A stretch of DNA of 64,000 nucleotides from the NCBI GenBank assembly GCA_001662655.1, contig KV460212.1; one strand, 5' to 3'. A program made the position numbers and the translations under genes. Of the stretch, positions 13,201 to 27,238 are shown one piece after another; position 1 is the stretch's first letter, and the number at the start of each line of letters is the position of its first letter. The notes under the pieces are model-generated. The model saw only the letters and a list, made by a program, of their open reading frames with translations. It was not told the origin of the DNA and ran no database searches. This stretch comes from Pseudogymnoascus verrucosus. Taxonomy: Eukaryota.

Positions 13201-16200
13201 CCTATCAAAACCATGCTGGAGATCAAGTACATAGGGAACTGTATGCGGTTAGCTTGGTTTAGAGAGGTCCGTAGGTGCATACTTACTGTCATCGTTAGGA
13301 TCGTACGGCGCGAGGCTCTCCATTTGATTCATTATTTCCTTGTACTGCTCAACATCGTCTCTGGTTAGATTTACGATTGCATCCGCGAGATATCTGCGAG
13401 TTGTCGAGTTCAAGACTGGTACATTCTCTGGGAGCATATCGTCATCTTCCATATCAGAAAGGGGCGGGAACAAGTGTTTATTGAACAGTTGTATGCCCAA
13501 TTGATTCGAAGGTATCGGATGCTCAGAAGCTTTGGCAAATGATGTACACCAGTACAGAAGATTCGAGAGCCCCCGGGCAATAACATCGATTTCATCTGTG
13601 GACCCTACAGTCTCTTGTGCCGTATGTTGGGTTAAAAGGGTGCCCCATTGAAATAGACAGGCGTCCAGATCCACGCTATTAACTGACGACTCGGCGAGGT
13701 TTCGAAACACCAGGAGCGCAACAGAGAGAGCCTCTTCGCACTGGTCGGGAAGTGACACTGCGGAGGGAATCATGTCACGAAGAAGAGGCCAGAAAGCTGT
13801 AGTGATATCCAGCGTCGAAAGAGCAGACAGACTTGGTGTAAAGGTACACTTGCTCGTCATCTGCTTCATAATACTCTTTCGCAATGAACTTCGGTGATCT
13901 TCCAAGAGAAGTTTACTGACAAACTCGGGAGTAGATGGTGCTGTAATAAAGCTTGTCCAGAAAGACTGGCTATGAAGGGAAGCTTCTAAAATAGCCTCAA
14001 ATGCACTGGAGACCATTTGAATGGAGTTCTTCGCCGCTTTACTCAAGCGAGCAGACTCTAAGATCTGCAAAAGGCACTGCAGGAGAGTCGTTGTCAAACA
14101 GTTCGTGACAGTCTCGACTGGAATGGGCTCTCGCAGCAATTGCATGAGGCATTCGACAAGTGCTTGAGCAAGGAGGCTTCTAAGGTCCTCATTGGCACAA
14201 CTATCAAGAACTTCTTGATTGGTAATGGCAGAGACTATCAAACCTAGTGATCTAGATAGGAGACGGCTATCGGGCTTCCCCTCTCGCATTCGAGCCTCCA
14301 GGGTTTCGCGGAGGGCGTGAACTGCATATAAGCATTTGAAAGGCTGCCCAAGTGGGAATATTTCAGTCCAGGCTGTGGTGTCATCTTCAAATGCGGCGAG
14401 AAGTTTAGGATAGACCGGAAATTTGACGAGAAAATGATAGATCTCCTTTGAAAGCCTTTCCTCCATGCCAAGATAGTCCCAAAAGGCGTCAAAATGGTTT
14501 ATGACCTCAACTTCCAGGCTCGTCGTTCTCGATTTCGGGCTACCGCCTCGTGGATGCTCATCGTCCTGCCGGGTAACGAGCACTAAGCCTTTTCCAATTT
14601 GCAGGTCCTCCAATGTGACTCCTTGGGTACTCGCATTGTCAGAAATTTCCGCGCCCCAATGGTAGAGCTTAAAATTCTTGAATTTGGTCGTCATTTCGAC
14701 AATAGCAAAAAGCTCTGCCACGGTATTCGATTTTCCAACCTCCAAACCGCTCACAGGGCCATGCTCTTGGCCATCAAATATTTGATATTTGAAATCCAGT
14801 GTCTCGCCTTTTACTTCTGTGGAAGGGCCGGGCTCTGTAGGTCTTGGCTTTGGCACCGCAAAGTATGGCTTTAACTGATACGCGCGTAAAAACTCACGGA
14901 GGAGGACCAGTGAGCGTGTGAATATCAGTTCTTCTTCGCCAATGGACTGCTCTGTTGAAACGATGGCCATTAGTTCATCATCACCGGCAGCGACATTGTT
15001 AGAACCCTTCAACTTTCCGGCGGCATATGACATTTGCTCCAAACAACGATTAACAAGCCTCAAATGCACAGTATGGGCCCTCGGTCGAGCCATTGATTGA
15101 ATCATCGGACTGTCCACATAGAGCTCAACCAGCATGTTGATAGCTGGGTCTTCAATCGAATTTGATGGAGCTGTCAAAATCATTCTCCAAAGATGCTCAA
15201 GCCCATGACATCCTGATGCTGTATCCTCATCCAATAGGTCTCCCTGTACGCCTCGCAACCACGCCTGGATGGCCTCTCTAGTAAAGTCCAGGGATCCGAT
15301 AGTGTAACATTGAGGCTCAAGTTTTGGCAGGTAGTTTTCGAAGCACGTCGCAATAAATATGTTTCTTGACGACGCCTTGGCGGCCGCACTATTCAGTATC
15401 TGCCATGCTATCTCTCTATCCGCTGGGCTTTGCCCTCCATGCCCAACAAAAGCAGTCCATAGCCGTTCACCGAGATCAGGCGTTATGGACCCTGGCTCAT
15501 TAAGAATGATTGCAAGGAGGAGGTCCCGTCGAGCTTGGCGGGCAGGGCTGTTGAAATTTGGTGACACTGAGTTCGGTTCTTGGGGGCGATTGGTATATTC
15601 AACTTCCTCAATCATTATCTTTGTGAGATCACGCTCTGCTGTAAGAATACGCAGGTCGGTTGCGAGATTTTGGCTCAGTAGCCCATAGAGTGCACAAATG
15701 CTGCCAGAGGCAGTTGAACTTCTGCTTGCTATGTCTTGGATAGAAGCTAGGTAGATCGTATTCCGGATCCCAGCTTCTGGGCCATGGCGAACGAGTTCGC
15801 GGAGCCGATTCGTTGCCCAGTGCTGTACGTCCAGGAGGCCCAGGGGTGCATCTGGACGAGGCATAGATGATTCCCTAATAAGCCGAATGCAGAGTTCATA
15901 AGGCGGCGCATCAAGATATTCGGTCTTATCATCCCCGGTAGCTTTCTCAATCAAAAGACCAATTACTCTTTGGCAATGATCTCTCATGGCCGGCGTAAAC
16001 GCTTCAATTGGTAGAGCACTTGCTTTGTCGCACAGATAGAGCAACTTGTCGTAGTCAAGCAGATTGAGTACAGTGGCAAGCATTCGGAGGACTGCTTCTA
16101 CCACTCGTGGATCTTGACTTGTGGTGACTGTTTGCCAAATGGTATCTGTTTCCTTGTTTGTGTAAGACTTCGTTGCCATGAGGAAACCGACAATATTGCC

Positions 16201-18062
16201 ACTTTCGCTAATGATCTCAGGGTGGGAACCAGTTCCAACTATGTAGTCGACGAGCTTATTTGCCATAATATATTCGGCGAAATGAATGAGGATTGGTTGG
16301 CGAGATGAATCCTCCCTTTTATGCTTCGTGTAGAGGCTCAGAAGTTCTGTGCACATAGTCGTCACTCCACATACGCGCAACTGCATCTGGCCACACACAA
16401 TAATCTTCTTGAGCATGGAGAACTTCCACTCGGCAGATATGACTATGCCACTGTACTTCGGCGGCATGGTAGGATGCGACTGTAATTGATCGCGGATGGA
16501 TTCTTCAACGGGAGAGTTCTCCGAGTTTAAGGCTGCGAGATAAATCCGAGAGAGTCCAATAATGTGTACGAGAGCGGCCTCGGCTGTCAGCATTGTCGCA
16601 TGCTTCTCGATAATGGTATCAAGGGCTGGCGCAAGGACTTTGAAGAATTGGTATCCTTGATTGATAAGTAGCTCGCTATTCTCCATTGGGGACCGGTAGG
16701 CGGGGCCGGGATTGTTGTAATATGATAAACTGGAGGAGATGGCCAGGTCAACGATGCGTGATGGTTCGGTCAAATCTTCGACTCCTTTGGGATATTTGGA
16801 TATTAACGCCAAGTGCCCTCGAACAAACCGAGTGAGTGCAGGTATACTGCCGACGCCATCGATGAAATGCCTCACCATGCTGCTCACTTCATCACCCCAG
16901 TCGAAGCGGTAGTGTTGTTCCAAGTTGTGGCCAATGTTGAAGTCCCTTTTCTGAAGTAGCCATCCAAATGCCGTGAGATATGGTCTGGAAACCAGCATTG
17001 GTTGGGAGGTCTGATCGTCAAGCTCTTCGTACTTGGCAAGAGTTCTAATATCCATCGACACAAAGCGAGCCGTAAGTTCCGCATATTGCATGAAAAACTC
17101 CGATAGAGCGAGCCGACTATCGCGACTCTTCTGTAGGAAGCTCCCGAAAAAACTTCTGCGGCAAATTAGTAAAGTTCGGCTTTAGAAGGCTTAGAAACTT
17201 ACCTTCGTCGGCTAAGAGCCGTGACGATGTCAGGAAACTTATTCCAGAACTCTGGGTGTTTCTCGTAGGACTCAAACCAAGAGACATCGGAGTCCTTCGT
17301 AAGCTGGAGATAGCTAGCTATCCAGTCTCTTAATCTGCAGAACATGTCGTCGCCATCCACGGCGTCTGTGGACGTGTCAGCATCTACCTCACAATATATG
17401 AAAGGCTGCCTACCATGTTCGAAGAAGTGTGCAATTTTGCGGACGGTTACCATCACTGGCTCATTTCCAGATGCGTATGGGAAGTCCAGGACGGGGTCGC
17501 AGTCAAAAAGAAGTTCGTCGTCGTCGTCGATAACGGCCACAGGTGGGCTCTGTCCATATTCGATATCCTCGTCCTCCATAATGAGCTCCACCTTTGGGCT
17601 TCCCAACGTTGAAGAAGAAGAGGAAATAGTTTCTGGAGGGGCATCAACTCCATCTGAATCCACTTCTATGTCCAGTTGTGGGATTTGATCTGTGCCCGAC
17701 ATTTTGGACGGCGTGGTGGGGGAGAAGGAAGGAGACGATGTCAGGTCGATTGCTTTGTTCGACCTTAGGTTGATTGTAACCTTGCTGGATGTAGGTTCTG
17801 GTATGGCTTTATTCGAGTGAGTTCGAGAGGGCGTCTGTGGTTGAGTGAGCCTAGCCTCTATCGATGGGCTGTGTTCCCTGGGAGTCGTAACATAGGTCGA
17901 TGAAGCCTTGCCAGTATCCGCTGATCTGCTTCGTGATCCGCTCGAGACACGCTGCCTCTTTCTTGCGGAGTATTCGGAATCGTCGAAAGGTTTAGGTCGA
18001 GTTGAACACGGCTCGGACGATACCGCACGTTCTCGCGACACTTCGATCGCTTCGAGGTCCAT
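10218..18062 (-). CDS. Large ubiquitin-specific protease (USP34/USP24/USP9-like), about 2500 aa
   Basis: ORFs 17199..18080, 13249..17091 and 10342..13191 joined by introns; Cys box GLKNLSNTCYLNSLFTQLF, QMDVDEF, HLKRFDFN, His box LVHSGTAESGHYYSYI, FNDDHV; short acidic last exon ending TAG at 10218. Confidence 0.9.
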
Positions 18063-18828
18063 CTGGCCGAACCAGAGCACTGATTGTAGGTAAGGCCAAG
18101 GTGCTCTGGTACAGTGTGATTAGGCACAGTGACTTTGAAATCACAGACCTGCTTCGGATGTGGTGCTGTGTAGAATCGCCATATGGAGGGGTTGTGGATA
18201 GGCAACGATGGTAATAACAAGCTTTTGGGCGGCGTGGTCGTGGTGCAAACGAATATTAGATAGAAGGTGGTGAATAGAGAGCCCCGCCTTAGCTGTCTGG
18301 AAATAGCTGTAGGTGGTGCAGGCACTTGTCGATAAGGTAGACGAGCTCACAAGCGTGTCGGATGGTGATCAATCGCGAGCTACCCAGTCCACAAAAGGTA
18401 CAACCACCCCACGTATAATTTAGAGTGCTTGGATGTACCGTTACAGTACGACTACAACACAACCTCGTACGTCGCAAATATCAACTCTTAAATCTCATGA
18501 GCGACGATTTGTTCTGTGTATGGGCTGATTTATATTCTTTGGGCTTCTATAGACCTCTATATTTATTGCAGTCCTTCATTTCATCTGTCCATGGCTTTCT
18601 TTCGTCTCAGCACAATTTTTTACATTAAAAATTATGGGAATTATGATATGTTGACTTCTATAATGAAATAAATATAGCCTGGGATATATGAGCATACTCA
18701 TATTTAATTCACCTGCAGAGCATCCAAGATTTTGCAATGTCATCTGTTCATTAATTTTTTTTACTTGATCTATTTTTCAGCCATACTCCATTCCATAAAC
18801 CCGCCTCTAATACTGTCCAAGTGGTTAA

Positions 18829-20910
18829 CTATTCCAGCTCGATGGTTGCTGGAGGCTTGCTTGTGATGTCAAGCATAACGCGGCATACTCCCTAAAATAC
18901 AGTTAATACCGTGCACATATATGGATACGGAAGAGCAATTCGGTGAGTTGGAAATGGGAGTATTTTACCTTGACGTTGTTGACAATCTTGGTTGAGACCT
19001 GGTTGAGGAAGTCGTGGCTGAATGGGAATGCCTTGGCAGTCATGACTAAATCAAAGTTAGAAATTTTTTTCTCCATGATCGAGCTGAAATTCTCCAAGGA
19101 ATCGAGAAAGCACTTACAGTCTGTGGTCTCGACAGCGCGTAGGATAATAAGATGCTCGTAAGCACGCTGGTCGCCCTGAAATTATGAATTAGCCTCTGAA
19201 GTGTGATCCACACGTTTATGGAATCAAGTGCTCACCATCACGCCAACGGCCTTGCTGGTGTCCAAAGCAGCAAATGCCTGGGAGATTTTGTCGTACAGAC
19301 CCCATTCACGGATCATGCCAATGAAGATATGGTCGGCTTGGCGCACCATCTCGACACGCTCAGGTGTCACCTCACCCAGAATGCTGTTCGTGTCTGGTTA
19401 GCGGTTGAAAATAAGGTGGCATGGAGGATCATATTACCGAATAGCAAGACCGGGACCTGGGAAGGGGTGTCTCATAACAAGGTCGTGGGGAATGCCAAGT
19501 TGCCTTCCAAGATCACGGACCTCGTCCTTGAAGAGCTCTCTCAGAGGCTCAATAAGCTTCAGCCCCTGACCGTCGAGCATGCGCTGAGGAAGTGCAAGGT
19601 TGTGATGGGTTTTGATAGTGGCACTGGGGCCCTTGAAGGAGATGCTATAAGTTCAATGTTAGTAATTATCTCAATGAGGTCATCTCATAGGACTCGACAA
19701 ATCTAGATATGGAATCTCCATGAAGGCTAAAAAGTAAACTCGTTGGGATACTAACCTCTCAATAACATCAGGGTATAGAGTTCCTTGCAAGAAGAACTCG
19801 ACTGGTCCAGCCCTGTCAGTCTTTGCGGCCGCAGCCTCAATCTTCTTGGCCTCCTCCTCGAAGACTTCGATAAATTTCCCTCCAATGAACTTGCGCTTCT
19901 TCTCCGGGTCGGTGACGCCCTTTAGGCCGTCAAGGAATTCCTTTGAAGCATCTGCCACAGTCAAGTTGATTCCCATATGCTCCGAAAGCATAGTCTTGAC
20001 CTGCTCGCACTCGTTGAGGCGCATAACACCGTTGTCAACGAGAACAGCGTGGAAGCGGTCGCCAATTGCGCGCTGCATAAGCTTAGCCGCCACAGTAGAG
20101 TCAACACCACCGCTGACGGCGCCAAGGACCTGGCCATCTCCAACAAATTTACGGATGCGGATGATTTCTTGGTCAACGAAGTTGGCCATTGTCCAATTCT
20201 GCTTTGCGCCGCAAATCTTAACAGCGAAGTTCTCGAGGATCTTCGTGCCGTTCTCGGTGTGTGTAACCTCTGGGTGTAGCTGGAGGCCGTAGATGTGCTT
20301 GCTCTCGTGGCAGATGGCAGCGTATTCGGAGTTGGGGGTAGTGGCGATGGTGTGGAAGCCCTCTGGGAGCTTGGCGAGCTTGTCGCCGTGAGACATCCAC
20401 ACCTTGAACTCGTTCTCGAGTCCATCGAACAGGCGGTCAACGTGACCATCGACCTTCCTGGCCTTGAGATCGGCATGGCCGAACTCTCTTGTGACGCCTG
20501 CAACGACGTTGTCCTTGCCGCTGCGGTAAGCAATCTCCTGGAGACCGTAGCATATTCCGAGAATCGGGACGTTCAGATCGAAGTATGCTGGGTCGACATG
20601 GGGCGCACCCTCTTCGTATACGCTGGAGGGTCCACCAGACAGGATAATACCGGCTGGCTTCCAGTCAAGGTCGGCCAGTTTCTGGGTGCACGGGAGCATC
20701 TCAGAGTAGACATGGAGATCTCTCAGGCGGCGGGTAATCAAGTGAGTACTAAGGGGGAAAGTCAGTCACCAAATCGAAGACATAGGACTTCAGAAATTGG
20801 ACCCGGGTGGGCACGCGTACATACTATTGGGAACCGAAGTCCAAGGTTAGGATGGTGTCGAAGGACTTGTGAGGAACCACCTCGGGTACTTCTTCTGTTG
20901 TGTTTGACAT
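18829..20910 (-). CDS. GUA1: GMP synthase (glutamine-hydrolysing)
   Basis: [68 protein letters not shown]-terminal [13 protein letters not shown]; multiple introns. Confidence 0.97.
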
Positions 20911-21016
20911 GATGTGAAATGAAGAAGGAGCTTTAATTTAAAATTATGGCTACAAGATATCTTCAGTGCCGTTGTGAGCGGCGATAATAAATAAAGACTC
21001 AGGGTATCTGAGAAAA

Positions 21017-21035
21017 GAAAAATTTAGCTTATCGC
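21017..21035. promoter_or_regulatory. RRPE-like plus PAC-like ribosome-biogenesis elements in the GUA1/POP3 promoter
   Basis: GAAAAATTT immediately followed by GCTTATCGC (reverse complement GCGATAAGC). Confidence 0.45.
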
Positions 21036-21453
21036 ACAACCCCTCATTATGCGTCAGAAAAGATTAGCGATTGTGAGGAGGCCCCGCACTTGACGCGATA
21101 CCAGAAACAGCCCACTTGTACCGTGTTAGCCTTTCCGAAGTCAAGGGACTGACGACAGGGTTTGCACAAGGCTGCGCTATGATATTATAGTACTAGAGTT
21201 ATACTAGAGTTTCTAATCTATATAAATTATGGTCCTGGGCAAAGTACAAGCAGTATAAGCAGTATAAGCAGCGCTCCAACACCTCTGTAAGTTACGAATA
21301 CTGCTGGGAAACAGAGTTCCATAGAGCCTCAGGCTTGGAGCTTCGATCTCTGGTATTAACGTCGTACATTCGGGGACCCAATGTCCCTGAATCAAGCCGC
21401 CCAGGTCAGACACCATCAACAAGCGCTTGCAGCTAAGCTGCCGTACGTGCAAT

Positions 21454-22338
21454 ATGCCTCCAAAAGCAAAGACGATGTTTGAGCTGGATAGCCCTTATTC
21501 AGATGTTGCACTGTATGGCAATCTTTTCTTTCAACCTTCACGTGAATGCTTTCGAACTGGGTAGCTGACATCTACTCAGGCCTCAACTAAGCCCGGCTGA
21601 TCAGGATACTATCCTTAATCTTCTTACCAGGTAGGTGTGCGAGTTCTCTTCTGTCATCTCATTTATGTTGTATACGCTCTAAAGTACATATGAACTATAT
21701 TAATGTCCCTCAGCTTCCTCTCGCCTATCGGCCACTACCACACCACCCACATTACCCCCTCAAAAGGAAAACGCAGCAAGAAGGCCAAGCGCCGGGAACT
21801 CAAAGGTGGTGCGGCCAAACCAGCCCAAGACGAAGCCTCAGTGCCACCCCCCGAGCTAATCTCGCATATCCTCGTCGGTCTCAATAGCATTACCCGGCAC
21901 CTCGAGTCTCAATCTCGGAAAGCCTGTCCACCATCACTTGGTGTGCCAATACCCAGTTATGACGGGCCAGCAAACTCACAACGACATCTCGCCGTAGTCG
22001 TCACGACTTGGCCCTCCGTACCTACTATCCTCACCTCTCATCTCCACAAGCTTGTTCAGACAAGCTCCTTGCTCCACCACAATCTCCCGCCGACCCGGTT
22101 CGTCACCCTTCCAAGGAGCAGTGAAAAGCGTCTCTGCAGTGCCCTTGGTGTTCCACGTGCGGGTTTTATCGGGATATTCGATGGTGCTCCTTCTGCTACA
22201 GCAGTGATTGACTTCTGCGTCGCGAATGTACCCGAATTAGAGGTCGATGGTTGGCTGAAGGTTGATAAGAGCGCCTTCATGCCACTGAAAATAAACACCA
22301 TTGAAGCGGCTGATTCTGTTGTGCAGAACAAAGTCTGA
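21454..22338 (+). CDS. POP3: Probable RNase P/MRP subunit Pop3 (L7Ae-like)
   Basis: MPPKAKTMFELDSPY|..DQDTILNLLT|SFLSPIG..SKGKRSKK..HILVGLNSITRHLE..SEKRLCSALGVPRAGFIGI; pattern recalled from fungal Pop3; 2 introns. Confidence 0.65.
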
Positions 22339-22737
22339 ATGAATGAACTACATTACCCACCTGGCGGCTTCCCACTGCCTGCCAACCCAAGTGCACGTGT
22401 CATACAAGCCATGGAGTATTTGAATTTTGTAATATTACTATGCTCAAGTGGCCGCTAAAACGGTGTCTAATGGTCAACTCGACAATGAAAATGACCCAAT
22501 AGCAATGCATTCGCCGAGAGACCCCCATAAACGCAAATACCCAAACAAACCATCAAACCAGTACAAATCCCATACAACCCTACTTTATCAACCACGTCAT
22601 CCGACAGGCCGGCCTATTTTTTGAATGAGGAATTAAATCCCGTGGGAAAGAAACGAAAGTAAACCCAGTCATCGTATCATTTCCGATTCATCATAAGTCG
22701 TTCGCGTTGCCGCATCTCTCTTCATGCGCAACTTACC

Positions 22738-25700
22738 TTAGATGATCATGCTCTTCGTCCTCGCGTGAAAGCGCGGTGGCTTCTCCCCAGAAGCTTTGCG
22801 GATCTCCTTGCGCTTCAGGCTGTCCTCTCTCTTGAGCACCATGTCGCACCAGCTGACGCCATTTTTGGCCTCGCTGCTCGTGCCAATGCATTGATCGAGG
22901 ACCTTCATCCACCCTTCCTTGTCTTTGGCGGTGTCGGCGTAGAAGTCAATGACCTCGCCGTTACCGAAGCGGATGCGGAAGCCCTCCTCAACGAACATGT
23001 AACCCTCCTCCTCTTCGGCGAAGCCGGACTTGCGGCGGCTACCTCCTCTGCCTGTGGTTTCCTTCTGCGTCAATGCCCTGCGGTCATCGATAAGCTTAGA
23101 CGCATTGGCGAGGTTGATCGTTGCACGAGGTTGGCCAGTCGATTCGTGGTAAGCCGTCAACTTGCTACCATTGAGCTTGAACATGCGACGACGCCAGTAC
23201 TAGAACATATTAGCATAATGAAATTAATATCTTTCATTTGGTGACTTACAGGACAGTCTCCACCCTGTTGGCTCAAGTAGCCACTGTGGCATCTAGCCAC
23301 TGCTTCCTCAGCCTCCTTCATTGCGCGAATGCAGGAGTTCATGCTCTTGGGGATATCATCGTCGCTAGCACCCTTGGGCTTCGGGACAAATAGAAGCTGC
23401 AGCTCAAGCTTTCCAACCTTGTAAGGTGCCCGGCGGCGGGTTTGAGTAGCTCCCGTCTTGCTCTTGACGCTGCTCATGCCACCAACTTCCTCGGTCGCCC
23501 ACTCGTTGAAGCAGTTAACATCAACGACGTATGGCCTTCCAAAGCAGTGTTGCTCATGATCCTTCAAGCAGACGTATGATCGACCGAAGCTTCCATCATC
23601 TGCGGCAAGAGGGGAGAGTAGATCCCACGCGGTAGGTTGCTGAGACATGCGCTTAGCAGCCATCTCGCTCTGTTGCTTATCCGCAGCACGTTGCTGTTCT
23701 TCCTTTTGCCTCATCTCAAGCTCCTTGCGCTTCTTCGGCGAAGTAAAAACGCGGGAGAATGTAGATGGCTTTGGGGCCTTCGCTTTTGTTGGCGATTCAA
23801 CAACGCGCTGTGGCGGCGGCTTTTGAAGCTTAGCATTCAGGGTGAGTTGGAATTCGAGTTCGTTGGGGACGACTAGTTCAAACTCTTGGCCGATAGGGGC
23901 ATTCTTTCCAAGTTCAAGCCATGCTGTCGTGACACAGTGAACCCCATTGTCCAAAGTGAGGGCAAACCAGGTGCGCTCATCTTCAAAGGAGGTTAGCAAC
24001 TACATAGAGAGGAGAGGGTTTATACTGACTTTTTGGCAATGGAAGGCCGAGATCCTTAACACCGATAACCTTGACGAACAGTCGGCCTCTCTCGCCATTG
24101 TCGGGCTCGTTGATATCGACCTGAGCATCTTCTGCAACCATTCCCAAACCAGTGCCAGCGACATTGCTCTGTTGCCCAGGTAAAGGAGGTGCTGGTCCTG
24201 ATGGCATCCTTTTCCTGCCACCAGTGCTGTCTCTCGTGCTTCTCTTCCTCGGCGAGCCATTCCAAGGCTCCACCGTCCATGATTGTGGGCGGGGTTGTTT
24301 TACGGGAGAATTGCCTGCAGACCGAGTGTCACGGAAATTTTGAGCTTCAACGTCAGTACCACTGCTCGCAACTACAACCTTCGTGTTTTGACGCATAAGG
24401 TATCCGCGCTGTTTCCGAGGAGTAATGTTAGCATGCATTTCTTCGAATTTTAGAGCACCGGCTTGTAACGTAGACACTTGTCCATGGTAACCTTGGGAGT
24501 CAATTAGGTGGTAATGAGAAAGGTTAAACGCAACCTTTTGAGCTTCAATCAGTCGATCGAAGTCCTGGTCGAGACTAAGGCCAAGATCGCTTCCGATGTC
24601 CAGCGTAAGGCCATCCCGTTTGAGGCTTGGGATTCGCTTCATTCCCTCGTTCTCAGAGACAGCTTCCGGATCTTCTAAATCGCGCTCCATGCTCTGAGAA
24701 GGGCGGTTGCGGTGTCGCTGTGGGATGGGTGGGATTGGGTACTCGGTGCTGATTTGGCGCCTAGCTTCCCTCATGGCCATAATATCTGACGGAGTAGCGG
24801 AAGGTCGGGTCTTGAGCTTTGAACCAGATGATGATTTGATAGTTGCGGTTTGCTCTGGGACAACTGGCGACTCTGCGGGAGGAGATTCCTCATAAGACAC
24901 CGCATGATGCACAACTGATTCAGGAGTGCCAACTTCTTCCTCACTCTCTGAACCCCAGCCAGCGCCGTCATAATCGGGCTTGGGAAGAGCATATTTTGCG
25001 GGGGTACCTGGTGGTGTAGAGGTACGTTCAACGTCAAGAGGCTCAATGACAGCGTCCGATGTGATGCTCGTTTCATCCTTTGGCGGGGGAGGTGGGGGAG
25101 TAGGTGTTATGTATGATTGAAGACTCAGCCCGAAATTGTTGGTGTCCAAGAACCCAGGCAGCGCTGGCAAAGAGGCTTGGTCCTCCATGTTTTCAGTGTC
25201 AACTGAAGGGATGTCTGATGTTGGCGCGGTTAAGCGGGGGGTTGGTGGTCCCTCATCTTCCGGCACGTTGTTGGACTCAAGCTCCGGGCTTTTGTTTTGT
25301 GGAGTCTCGTCTGAATATTGGCTCTCCAGATCTTCACCCTCGCGAACGACAGAGTCATCGCGGACGACAGAATTGTTAATGTCATAGTCTTCTACTCGAG
25401 ATTCGGGGCGTCCCTGATACATCTCGGGAATGTCGTAGACATCAATCTCCGAATCTTCTTCTTCAGGCTTAATAATCACGCTGCTGTCATCATCGGCGAT
25501 CGTGACATCCTCGGTGGATGGAATAGCCACATCAGGGTCTGGTACAGTTGTGCGCTCCTGTCGAGAACTTGGCGGTGGAGAGGAAAAGTTGTACTCTGAG
25601 TCCAGTGTAAACGCATCGTGGCCGTTGACCTTGCGCAGAATAGACTCCCTGGAGACTCGCTCTGGGAGCTGATATTCGCCTAGATCCGCAAGAGTATCTT

Positions 25701-27238
25701 CATCTTCGTGAATTTTGATTTCGCCATCATCCACTTCTGGCGTTGCGCTGCATCGGTCACGCGCACCGCCACGTCTCATTCGACGCTCTCGTTGAGTCTC
25801 TGCCACTGGCTTAGCTTTGTCGTCATCCTGGATCATCATCAGACGAAGACGTTCTTCAAGCGGCATGCGCCCTCCGGTTAAACCTTGGATATCGGTCTTG
25901 CTGAAGGAAGCTGCCGGAACCGCAGTGCCTCTTGTGACATTGCTAGCTCGTTCAGCCGCCGCAAAGAGTCCCGAATTCCTCTTCTCTGAGGTACCTGGAA
26001 GTGGTGGTAGTGGGCGATGATCTGCGCTAATATTCCTGGTCACTGTAGGGGATGATATTTCAGACCCAGTGAGAGGGCTCGAAGGTTCCAGCTGGGCACC
26101 AAATGGGTCCGAGCTGCCTCCGTTGTTGGAAAAGCGCCAGTCATCCGGTCCGACAACTGGAGTTTTATCCGTATCTTCGAGTGATGCGTCGAAGCTGTCA
26201 TCTAGCTCCAACGAGCCAGATCTATTGTAACTCTCTTCGTCGTCATCCTCGGCTGAGTCGTAGCTGTTCTCTCTGGAATTGGTTCCGACAGAGGATAGAT
26301 CCGGAGTTACCATTTCGTACTCGTTAATTTGAGGTGCTGCATCAAAGGTAACGCTCTTCGCATGACGGTGTAGGCTGCGGCCTTCTGGAAGCTCGTGTTC
26401 GCCGCCTGAGTATTCTGGCGAGCTGATTTTGTCTTCATCATATGGCAATTTTGAGCCAAAGCGGGTAGTCGCAAGCGATGACTTCATTGGTGAAGTTTGC
26501 TCTTTTGTCGGCGATTCTCGTACCACAGTTGATGTAAGTGGAAGCTTCGTCGGCGAGTATGGCGAGACAATGTCTTTGCTTGGGGCTCGGCCATGTCCGA
26601 ATGCACGTCCTCGCTCCTCAGAGCGCAATCCATCTAATCCCTGGCCGCCATATGCGTTTCCTTGGATTTGCTTCGCAAGTGGTCGCTCAATGTTTGGAAT
26701 TGATGTTGGGTCATATTCTTGCTTCTGCTCACGAGCAAACATGTTGCTGTTCTTGACTCGCGAGGCACGTTGGAGTCTCTCAATCGACGATCGCCTCGTT
26801 GGCGATGGCGACATTTCCCTCTTTCCAAATATGCCATTCTCCGAGTTGAATCGATTACTGGGAGTCGCTGGGTCACGACCTTGCCAGAATAGTCGTGGCG
26901 ACGAGTTCCCCTCTGACGTATTGAAGGGGGAAGATTGGAATGGAGACGAATCCATATTGATAGCCATTTTCTGTTTCCTTGCTGTCAGTATGTGTAAGGG
27001 CGCTGGGATGTGCATGTTGGGGTTTCTTACTTTTGGAGAGCCTTGGTTGTAGCTTGGGGAGTTTTGCCTCCTCTCAGTAGGTGCCAATTCAGTTAAAGCG
27101 CGAGGAATTGAGCTCCCCATCTTGACAGGAGATGTGTTTGGTGTGCTCTTTTGAATCCTGAGCGGATGTACCTGCGTAACATTGTCAACAGTTGTAAGCT
27201 TGGTGGACTCAATGTTTACATACTGGTTGCGATGTCAT
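22738..27238 (-). CDS. BUD4: Anillin-like septation/axial landmark protein Bud4
   Basis: RSSIERLQRASRVKNSNMF, RHAKSVTFDAAP, DFDRLIEAQK|RGYLMRQNTKVVVAS, GRLFVKVIGVKDL, anillin-homology region, C-terminal PH domain (GYLSQQGGDCP|YWRRRMFKL..IDFYADT..GW); exon 1 MTSQP. Confidence 0.92.
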
